Assembly (NCBI GenBank): GCA_963758525.1
Contig: CAVWVQ010000005.1
Coordinates: 224,001-288,000, forward strand
DNA: 64,000 bases
DNA from: an uncultured Phycisphaerales bacterium
Lineage (GTDB): Bacteria; Planctomycetota; Phycisphaerae; Tepidisphaerales; Tepidisphaeraceae
Reading direction: 5' to 3'
Shown here piece after piece: positions 56,404 to 64,000 of the stretch. Made by a program: the position numbers and the translations under genes. The notes beneath the pieces were generated by a model. That model was not told the DNA's origin, did no database searches, and was given only the letters and a program-made list of their open reading frames with translations. How positions within the stretch are numbered: position 1 is the first letter of the stretch; the number at the start of each line of letters is the position of its first letter.

Positions 56404-56625
56404 CTAAGGCGCATTTGCCTCGGGGGTTTGCTGAATCGCACGCTTACCCGGCCTGAGGGACAGGCTGTCGGTCATCACGTACGCCAGGATCGCCGCGAGC
56501 ATCAGCGTCACTGCAATCCACACGCGCCAATCGCGATGCGCGGTTTTCCAAAAGTGATGGCGCGGATGAATGTGATCCCGTGGTTTGGCTCCCTCACTTT
56601 CCACATTATGTCTGTTAGTGCTCAT
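56404..56625 (-). CDS. Small single-TM protein upstream of the H+-ATPase
   Basis: HRDWRVWIAVTLMLAAILAYV; GGAG RBS. Confidence 0.55.
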   Translation of the reverse strand: MSTNRHNVESEGAKPRDHIHPRHHFWKTAHRDWRVWIAVTLMLAAILAYVMTDSLSLRPGKRAIQQTPEANAP

Positions 56626-57155
56626 CTGGCTCCCGTAGTCGGCATCATGAACCTTGCTCCGCAGCCTTGAGTACGGGCGCAACGCGCGCCGGTCTGGCGA
56701 CGGAGCGCGGGCGCGTTCCCGCCCGCCAATGTGCTTCGATCTGTTCGAGGGTTTTGCCCTTGGTTTCCGGAACCAGGAAAAACGCGAAGATCCACGCGCC
56801 GATGCTGACGACACCGTATAGCCAAAAGGTAGCGGTTTGCCCAACAGGTGCGTCAGCGTCAAGAACGACAGCACGCCGAGGTGTGGGGCTTCAATTGCGT
56901 CGGCTTACTCTTTAACGGGCCTCCGACGAATAGCCGGTTACCCTTTATGGAGTCATCCGAAGATTCGAGATTCTACTGGGACCTGATTTATTTCAAGCTC
57001 CAGAGAATTGGATGATAAGCGTCTTCGTCCCGACTAAGCAAGAAGGTTGCTGAAATATACTGTCGTGAGCACGCCGCATTGGCTTCCTGTATTGGTTATG
57101 GCAACATTGCTGAAAATGCACCTGCGACAGCGATGCACAACAAAAGGACGGTTTT

Positions 57156-57685
57156 ATGACGCGTAGCATTTTCGACCCGACCGGCGATCCCGAACGCAGC
57201 GGCTCCAGATTCACGCCGCCGGACGCGGATCAGATTTCCCAGATGCCCGAGGAGTTCGTCAATCCGCCATCCTCGCTTTCGGCGGGAACCGTCGAATTTC
57301 AACCGCCTGCTGAAGAACCGGCGATTGCCGTCTCCACAGAGAACGACGGGAAGTTGCTGGTGGTCCGGATGACGGCGAAGTTGCACAAAAACGACTACCA
57401 GCACTTTGTCCCGTTTGTTGAGCAGGCTGTCCAACGGAACGGCAAGGTCCGCATGCTGGTGCAAATGCACAATTTCCACGGATGGGATGCCGGCGCCTGT
57501 GGGAAGACGTGAAGTTCGATGTGAAGCACTTCAATGACATCGAACGGCTGGCGATCGTCGGCGAATCCGCTTGGGAGAAGTGGATGGCGGCATTCTGCAA
57601 GCCGTTCACGACGGCAAAGATTCGATATTTCCCCGCGGAGCAATTGGCCGAAGCTCGCGCCTGGATCGTGGCTTCCAACGGTTAG
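57156..57685 (+). CDS. STAS/SEC14 (SpoIIAA-like) protein (frameshift ~57497)
   Basis: KVRMLV..FHGWDAGA|LWEDVKFDVKHFNDIERLAIVGE. Confidence 0.8.
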
Positions 57686-57780
57686 CCGCAGCTAGTTATA
57701 CGCGTGGGCGTCAGGCGGCTCACCGGGCAATTCAGTCAAGCGCTGGCGGCCCGGGTCAACACCACGAATAACGAACCCTG

Positions 57781-59073
57781 TCAGCCTCGCGCGGGAGTCG
57801 CGCCGTTGTCGCCCGAAAAGACGCAGCGCCCCGCGAGCGTCACGCGGCTCACTGTGGTAGCGGGGTGATTGGGATCGATTGGCAGCAGCGAGCGTATGGC
57901 CGCGTCGGCGGACATGTGCGGCGACAAGCCCGAGGACGCGACCTCGATGAAGGACATCGGAAAGCCTTGTTCGAGGCTGCCGAAGCTGGTCCCCATATCC
58001 AGCAGATCAGCTGGAGCGCGCGTCGATCGGTAGAGCGCTTCGGAGGCCGTGCCGCGATCGGATCTGCCGGCGTGAACGTCGATAAACCGGCGCATCTCTG
58101 CAAGCATCGAAACCGTCGGCGAAGCTCCAACGTCGGTGGCGATCGCGTAGGGCACGTTCCATCGCGCCACCTCATCCAGCGACATGATGCCCGATCCGAG
58201 CAGCGTGTTGGATGTGGGGCAGTGCGCGATCACCGAGCCGGAATCTCGTGCAATTCGCCACTCATCGTCTGTCATATGAATGCAGTGAGCCAGAATGCAG
58301 CGGTGATCCAGCAGGCCGTCTGCGCGGTAGATGTCTGTATAATTCGCGCAGCCCGGATATAGCACGTTTTCCACAAGCGTTTTTTCAGACGATTGCTCAT
58401 TCAGATGCGTCTGGGTTCGCAAGCCATATTCGCCGGCAAGCGCCGATGCGCGCGGCGCAGGGGGGAGTTCACCGCCACCGCGAAGCGATCGGTGACGATC
58501 AGGCGGCGGCCATACCGAGTTGCCAGACGTTTGATGTCCGCCTCGAGCATCGGCTCGTCGGCGCAGATCCTGCGGGCAATTCTGGTTCATCAGCACCAGA
58601 CCGACGCTCCAGGATTCGGGAAGCATCGAGAGTGCAACCTCCGTCGCCACCGCCGAGGGTGTCATGTAGGCCGATCCGCCAACAACGCCGTGCGAGAGCG
58701 TGTCGGCGAGAAATTCGCGGACGACTTGTTCGGCATACGCTTCCGTCGCGCATTTTGCCTCTGCCGGAAAGACGTTGCGGCGCAGGCCGGCGAGCAGCTT
58801 GCCCTCTTTCGCGTCATTGGCGATTCCCTCCGTGAAGCGACCGCGGATCGGGTGTTGCGGAATATGAATATGAATGTCCAGCAGCGGCGGAAGCATTACC
58901 CCATCGCTGAGGCGCGTCGGCTGATTCGACGAACGGTTGTGAAATTCTTCAAACGAGCCGGCGAACCGGAGCACCTGGCCGGCATCGGCAGCCAGAATCC
59001 CGTCGAAATGGAAGGTGACCGATCCGTCTGCCCGCGGAATCAGCAGCGGTCCGCGCACAATTTGTTCAAGCAC
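57781..59073 (-). CDS. guaD: Guanine deaminase-like amidohydrolase (two compensating frameshifts ~58450-58560)
   Basis: DIHIHIPQ, QTHLNE, AHCIH, HCPTSN, ATDVG; last gene of the purine operon. Confidence 0.75.
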   Translation of the reverse strand: MLEQIVRGPLLIPRADGSVTFHFDGILAADAGQVLRFAGSFEEFHNRSSNQPTRLSDGVMLPPLLDIHIHIPQHPIRGRFTEGIANDAKEGKLLAGLRRNVFPAEAKCATEAYAEQVVREFLADTLSHGVVGGSAYMTPSAVATEVALSMLPESWSVGLVLMNQNCPQDLRRRADARGGHQTSGNSVWPPPDRHRSLRGGGELPPAPRASALAGEYGLRTQTHLNEQSSEKTLVENVLYPGCANYTDIYRADGLLDHRCILAHCIHMTDDEWRIARDSGSVIAHCPTSNTLLGSGIMSLDEVARWNVPYAIATDVGASPTVSMLAEMRRFIDVHAGRSDRGTASEALYRSTRAPADLLDMGTSFGSLEQGFPMSFIEVASSGLSPHMSADAAIRSLLPIDPNHPATTVSRVTLAGRCVFSGDNGATPARG

Positions 59074-60415
59074 CGGCCGGCCCCCTTGCAGGTTTGATCA
59101 GGCGGCCGCGAAAATCACTGGCGACGGCGCCCTTAAGAGACACAGTCCTGCCCCGCACGATCGTCCGCTCGACCATTCCCCTGAAGGCCCGGCCGACGTA
59201 CGGGCTCAGTTGATGGCGATCCAGGAGCATCTCCTTCGTCAGCGTATAGTTTCCCGATAAATCAACCAGAGCTAAATCCGCATCAAAACCCTCCGCGATC
59301 TTTCCCTTCCCCGGCAGCAGGAAGCGCTTGGCGGTGGTGGTTGCGGCAAGCCTGGCGACTTGCTCGGGTGCAATGGCCGGCTGGCGCGTGAGGAGAGAGG
59401 CCAGCGTGGATTGCACGCCGGAGACACCTCCCCAGGCAGTAAAGAAGTTGCCCGATTTCATCGCGGGGGGCGCGGGAGAGTGATCCGATCCGATCAGGTC
59501 GATCGTTCCATCGACCACCTTTTCCCAGAGCTGGTCGCCGTGCGGCGCGGCGCGGATCGGCGGCGCGCACTTGGCGGCGGGGCCGATGCGAACGACGTCT
59601 TCGTGCGTCAACATGAAATAGTGCGGGCAGGTTTCGATCGAAACATCCGCCACGCGTCGCCCCATGGCCGCCATTTCCACGCAATAGCGGTTGCTTACAT
59701 GGACGATGTGCAGTTTGCATCCAGTTGTGCTAGCCAGGAGGATCGCGCGCCCAATGGCGTCGGCCTCGGCGACCGGCTCGCGGGTGAAGACCCAGTCCTT
59801 CGCCGACAGCTCGGGCAACAGGCTTTGCATCCATTTGGTTTTGCCGGCGACGAGCTCCTGGTTTTCGGCGTGAACCGCGACCGGCAATCCCAGCTTCGCC
59901 GCCAGTTGCATGCCACGCTCCAGTGTCCAATCGTCAGCCCGTTGGAAATCATCGATGCCGCTGTCACACATGAATGCCTTGAACCCGACGACGCCGCGTT
60001 CGGCAAGCTCCTCCAGTCGATCGAGATTGCCGGGTGTCAGACCGCCCCAGAGCGCGAAATCGGTGCGGCTCGAAGCTTCCGCCGCCTGACGCTTGAGATC
60101 AAAACTCGCGCCGTCGAGGGTCGGGGGAGAGCTGTTGAGGGGCATGTCGAAAAAGCACGTTCCGCCGCCCGCCGCCAGAGCCGCCGAGCCGGTGGCGAAC
60201 CCCTCCCAATCGGTTCGGCCTGGCTCATTAAAATGGACGTGCGGGTCGATCGCGCCCGGGAAAATATGGAGCCCTCGCGCGTCGATCTCTTCCCTTGCAG
60301 GCCCAGATGGATCACCGATCTCAATAAGTTTTCCGTCGATGATCCCCAGTGACAGCGGGCGATGAGCGTCGACGCCAACGATCAGACCATTACGAATGAG
60401 CAGGTCGAATTTCAT
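59066..60415 (-). CDS. allB: Allantoinase
   Basis: HVHFNEPGRTDWEG, DMPLNS, GFKAF, HAE, ETCPHY, SDHSP. Confidence 0.93.
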   Translation of the reverse strand: MKFDLLIRNGLIVGVDAHRPLSLGIIDGKLIEIGDPSGPAREEIDARGLHIFPGAIDPHVHFNEPGRTDWEGFATGSAALAAGGGTCFFDMPLNSSPPTLDGASFDLKRQAAEASSRTDFALWGGLTPGNLDRLEELAERGVVGFKAFMCDSGIDDFQRADDWTLERGMQLAAKLGLPVAVHAENQELVAGKTKWMQSLLPELSAKDWVFTREPVAEADAIGRAILLASTTGCKLHIVHVSNRYCVEMAAMGRRVADVSIETCPHYFMLTHEDVVRIGPAAKCAPPIRAAPHGDQLWEKVVDGTIDLIGSDHSPAPPAMKSGNFFTAWGGVSGVQSTLASLLTRQPAIAPEQVARLAATTTAKRFLLPGKGKIAEGFDADLALVDLSGNYTLTKEMLLDRHQLSPYVGRAFRGMVERTIVRGRTVSLKGAVASDFRGRLIKPARGPAGA

Positions 60416-60433
60416 CTCGGTTCATCGTTCGTT

Positions 60434-60787
60434 TCAGCTGCCTCGATACGTCGAATAGGCCCAGGGAGAAACCAGCAACGGCACATGATAGCCGGCCAAC
60501 GCATCGTCAATTCGAAAGAGCACAGGCACGACATCGAGAAATCTCTTCGCATCGCTCGAGCCGACCGATGCAAAATAATCGCCGACGTGAAACAGCAACC
60601 GGTACTGCCCCGCGGCAAAAAGGTCGCCACTGAGCATTGGTTCATCAGTGCGGCCATCCTGGTTGGTAATTCGATCTGAAATCGGAATCTTCTTTCCGCT
60701 CTCCAATCGGTGCAGTTCGATGCGCACCCCAGCGGCGGGTTTGCCATGTGTCGTGTCGAGCACGTGCGTCGTCAGTTTGCCGCTCAT
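60434..60787 (-). CDS. uraH: 5-hydroxyisourate hydrolase
   Basis: LTTHVLD...YHVPLL...YRGS. Confidence 0.95.
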   Translation of the reverse strand: MSGKLTTHVLDTTHGKPAAGVRIELHRLESGKKIPISDRITNQDGRTDEPMLSGDLFAAGQYRLLFHVGDYFASVGSSDAKRFLDVVPVLFRIDDALAGYHVPLLVSPWAYSTYRGS

Positions 60788-61641
60788 GATTCCTCCCGCT
60801 CGAGATGCCCGACGATTTTCCCCGATGGCTCATCCGTCGTCACATAAACATCATTGTTAAATTCCAGACCGAATGGTTTGAAATTGAACGGCACGCGATG
60901 CTTATTCGGCATGCGCAGGGTGATCCCCGTAATTGACGGTTCAACGGCGAGAGCGGCTTCTCCCATCGCAAACAAGGTTTGTTGAACCGCGTCACTCTTG
61001 TGCGTCGCGAACGTCTCCAGCATCGCGGTGCGAATCTTTGAAAACGCGCGGCTGAAATCAACATCGCGGCCGGCGAAGACCCACTCCGCGGAAACCTCCG
61101 TCGCCAGAATCCGGTCCGTGGTTTCCGGAAGTGTCGTGTATTGATCCCGCACAAAGCCGGTGAACGCCGAATCGGTTGTCTTAAGCACCAGCAGATCGCT
61201 CAGGCCGCCGTGAATTTCCACGCGATTCTCGTTCCGGTCGACGGCGACGAAGGCCTTGCGCAGCTCGCTCCCGGCGGATTCAAACGCGGTGGGATGTGAA
61301 ATCCCATCAACAGTGATCCGTTGCCACCGCGATTGATCGATATTGATTCGCGCCGCGCTGGCCTGCGGGTACGTCTCCACAAAGTGATCGGCGAGGCGGA
61401 GCGCGAACGATTCGGGGCTCTCCATCGAATGCTCTTTCGCCAGCAGGTAGACGGTGTTTTTGATCGAGTCGGTGGCGATGACGTTGGAATTGTCGCCGTG
61501 CGTGTAGGATCGCTCGAATGAGCCGAGCAAGATCACGCTCACGTTCATCTCCACCAGCTCGTGGCGGTCGGCGAGCCGGTGAACCCTCGTGACCCGGACG
61601 GATGACTTGCCATATTGTTGATGGAGTAATTTCGCGGGCAC
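60784..61641 (-). CDS. pucL: Cofactor-independent urate oxidase
   Basis: YGK, ATDSIKNTV, VLKTTDSAF, TTLPE, SDAVQQTL, MPNKH. Confidence 0.93.
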   Translation of the reverse strand: MPAKLLHQQYGKSSVRVTRVHRLADRHELVEMNVSVILLGSFERSYTHGDNSNVIATDSIKNTVYLLAKEHSMESPESFALRLADHFVETYPQASAARINIDQSRWQRITVDGISHPTAFESAGSELRKAFVAVDRNENRVEIHGGLSDLLVLKTTDSAFTGFVRDQYTTLPETTDRILATEVSAEWVFAGRDVDFSRAFSKIRTAMLETFATHKSDAVQQTLFAMGEAALAVEPSITGITLRMPNKHRVPFNFKPFGLEFNNDVYVTTDEPSGKIVGHLEREES

Positions 61642-61644
61642 GGT

Positions 61645-62157
61645 TCAATCCTCGCTGATCACGTCGGCCATGCGGAGCCTGGCGATCTGGTAAATCTCAT
61701 GGAGCGCCGCCGCGATTTCGGCATCGCGATCATTCCGCAATCGCGCCGGAAACGCCGCGAGAATCGCATCTTTACGGTTTTGCCTCGCGCAGATGACAAA
61801 CGGAAATCCAAAACGATCGCGATAGGCGGTGTTATACCGGTCAAACTCGGCGGCTTCAGCGGGAGTCAGCTCGGCCAATCCCGCCGCCGCCTGCTCCGTC
61901 GCGCTTTGCGGGGTTAACCGACCCTCGCGCGCCAGCCGCCCGACGAGATCCGGGTGAGCAGCGATCAATGCGAGCTGTTGCTCTTCCGTCGAATCTTCGA
62001 CGATCCTGCGCATCACCTCATGCAGATGCCCCAGCGATGAAAACGGGCGCGCAGACCATGCCCGTTCCGCAATCCACGGCGAGTGCTCGAAGAACGGACC
62101 ACATACCGTCACAAAGCTCTCGCGATCCGCAAGATTCAGCCGGCTGAGCGCCATCAT
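61645..62157 (-). CDS. uraD: OHCU decarboxylase
   Basis: FEHSPWIA, AHPDL, SATEQ, FGFPFVIC, IARLR. Confidence 0.93.
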   Translation of the reverse strand: MMALSRLNLADRESFVTVCGPFFEHSPWIAERAWSARPFSSLGHLHEVMRRIVEDSTEEQQLALIAAHPDLVGRLAREGRLTPQSATEQAAAGLAELTPAEAAEFDRYNTAYRDRFGFPFVICARQNRKDAILAAFPARLRNDRDAEIAAALHEIYQIARLRMADVISED

Positions 62158-63383
62158 GATTCGGTTACCATCTTTGCCAGAACATTTGCGGCCGCAGTAA
62201 TGTCTTCGATTCGGCTGAACTCCTCGGGGTTATGACTGATGCCATCTTTGCTCGCAACGAAGAGCATGGCCGTGGGAAGCAGCGGGGCGAGAATGGCGGC
62301 ATCGTGCAGGGCTCCGCTGATTGTCGTTGGAATTTCGCCACCGGCCGCACGCTGCAGCGCGGCGCAGACATCGGGGTTCATCTGGATCGGTGGCTGGTCC
62401 TCGGTGGTCATGAAGTTGAATTCCGTACCCCGGGGATTGAAGCAGACGAACTGCTCGAGTTCCTGATGAAACTGCGCCAACTTCTCCGAACTGGGACTGC
62501 GCACATCGACGGTAAACCGGACGGTGCCCGGGATGACGTTGACGGCGTTCGGCTGGCAGTCGATTTTCCCGACCGTTGCGACAATGTCCGGTCCAAGTTT
62601 TCGAGCGAGATCGTCGACTTCGCAGATCACCCTGGCGGCGAAGACGAGAGGATCGCGCCGGAAGCGCATCGGTGTGCTGCCGGCGTGGTTCGGAGCGCTT
62701 ATGAATTTCGCCTTATACTGCTTGCGGCCGGCAATGGCGGTGACCACCGCCAGGGGGACGCCGCCGGCCCACATCGCCGGTCCCTGCTCGGCATGAATTT
62801 CGATCAGGCCGTGATAGCGGGCGGGATCGAGACGATCGGCCGGCAGATTCTGTCGGCGCACGCCATCGGCGGCGCCAGCCTCGAAATATGTCTGCCCGTC
62901 GCGATTGCGGAACTGGTGGAAGAATGCGTCGTCACCGGTTCCCTCAAACGACACGCTGCGATTGACCCACAGACGACTGCCGATCATGCCGACGCCGAAT
63001 GTCGTTCCCTCCTCCTCGGCAAAGACGATCAATTCCAACGGCAGAACCTTGCCGGCGGCGCAAGCGGAGCGCAACACTTCCAGCGGACAGGTGACACCGA
63101 TCACCCCGTCGAATTTTCCGCCGGTCGGCACGCTATCGATGTGAGAGCCGCTCAGCCACACTTTCCGGTCCCAATCGATCGAGGCATGGCGGGCATGCAC
63201 ATTTCCCGCGGCGTCGATTCGCACTTTGCATTCGGCCGCCTCTGCCTGGGCAATCACATAATCGCGCGCCTGCCGCCAGGCTGGCGAGAAGGTGGGGCGG
63301 CTGCAGCCGACATCCGGTGTCGATTCATTGAAACCCGCAATGGTTTCAATGTCTTGCGAAATTCGCTCGGAGCTGATCGGCAT
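62154..63383 (-). CDS. allC: Allantoate amidohydrolase (M20 Zn hydrolase)
   Basis: GSHIDSV, FDG, EEEG, EIHAEQG, NHAG, GALHDA, SHNPEE; operon context. Confidence 0.8.
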   Translation of the reverse strand: MPISSERISQDIETIAGFNESTPDVGCSRPTFSPAWRQARDYVIAQAEAAECKVRIDAAGNVHARHASIDWDRKVWLSGSHIDSVPTGGKFDGVIGVTCPLEVLRSACAAGKVLPLELIVFAEEEGTTFGVGMIGSRLWVNRSVSFEGTGDDAFFHQFRNRDGQTYFEAGAADGVRRQNLPADRLDPARYHGLIEIHAEQGPAMWAGGVPLAVVTAIAGRKQYKAKFISAPNHAGSTPMRFRRDPLVFAARVICEVDDLARKLGPDIVATVGKIDCQPNAVNVIPGTVRFTVDVRSPSSEKLAQFHQELEQFVCFNPRGTEFNFMTTEDQPPIQMNPDVCAALQRAAGGEIPTTISGALHDAAILAPLLPTAMLFVASKDGISHNPEEFSRIEDITAAANVLAKMVTES

Positions 63384-63396
63384 GGCGCGGGTTGTC

Positions 63397-64000
63397 CTAC
63401 TTTCCAAAATCCCTTCTCCATGCAGTTCCCGTCTTCTCCATTTCGCTCTCGGCGGCGGTCCTTCGCAGACGGTGGAGCATCGGCATCCCAAGGTTCCATT
63501 CCTGCATCCAGTCTCGCGCGAAAACGCCGCTCTCCGTTTCCGTGAGGATTCGGCGGATTTCCGCTTCGTTAATCACGCGGGGGCCGCGCGTGCGAACGGC
63601 AAATTCGCAGGTTCGGCTGCAGCCCTTGGTCAGGTATTCTTCGATGCCTTTTTCGTCCATCACGTCGATGACGCTGCGCAGGCTGCGAATGGCTTTGGCA
63701 TAGGCGAAGCTCGGGGGATAGCCATTTTCAACCATCACGTTGAAGCAGGCGCGCATGAGGTGAATGGCGCCGCCGTACAGAATCTGCTCTTCGAAATTGT
63801 CCCCCTCGGTTTCGTGCTGAAAGCTCATTTCGACAACGCCGGCGCGGGTGCTGCCGACCGCTTTGGAGATCGCCAGAACGATGTCTCTGGCATCGCCGGT
63901 GGCATCCTGATCGACGCTCACGCATCCGTAGACCCCTTCCCCTTTCTGGTATTTTGCACGCACAAATGCGCCGGGAGCGTTGGGAACGTACAGGACGACA
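63397..64000 (-). CDS. Ketol-acid reductoisomerase-like paralog (5'-partial)
   Basis: IlvC-like PG..VR..Y..G.GV, QDATG, RAGV, ETEGD.FEEQ, GY.P..AY, SGVFARDW, with divergent active-site residues. Confidence 0.8.
   Translation of the reverse strand, partial: VVLYVPNAPGAFVRAKYQKGEGVYGCVSVDQDATGDARDIVLAISKAVGSTRAGVVEMSFQHETEGDNFEEQILYGGAIHLMRACFNVMVENGYPPSFAYAKAIRSLRSVIDVMDEKGIEEYLTKGCSRTCEFAVRTRGPRVINEAEIRRILTETESGVFARDWMQEWNLGMPMLHRLRRTAAESEMEKTGTAWRRDFGK

Overview
GC-rich bacterial chromosome segment. Gene content (sulfatase, DUF4159, XylR, autotransporter-repeat proteins, plant-like LeuC, characteristic repeats) suggests Planctomycetota, probably Phycisphaerae/Tepidisphaerales; this is inference. 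1-26.4 kb is mostly core genes (leuC, dus, ligA, pgi, zwf, rpsA, fabI, ABC exporter, kinase/phosphatase) with TA modules, REP-like repeats and an IS630 inserted in an antitoxin. 26.4-49.3 kb is a ~23 kb decayed island integrated at tRNA-Gly(GCC). It is bounded by a 26-bp direct repeat, carries glycan-degradation genes and gene fragments, and has a start-less ORF reading from attR that resembles an integrase C-terminal tail. 49.3-64 kb holds a GH29 fucosidase, a CarH/LitR-like regulator lacking the B12 His ligand divergent from folE-fasciclin, a P3A H+-ATPase, and a purine catabolism operon whose first visible gene is a ketol-acid reductoisomerase paralog with altered metal ligands. About 14 single-base frameshifts, including one in ligA, most likely reflect long-read assembly errors.
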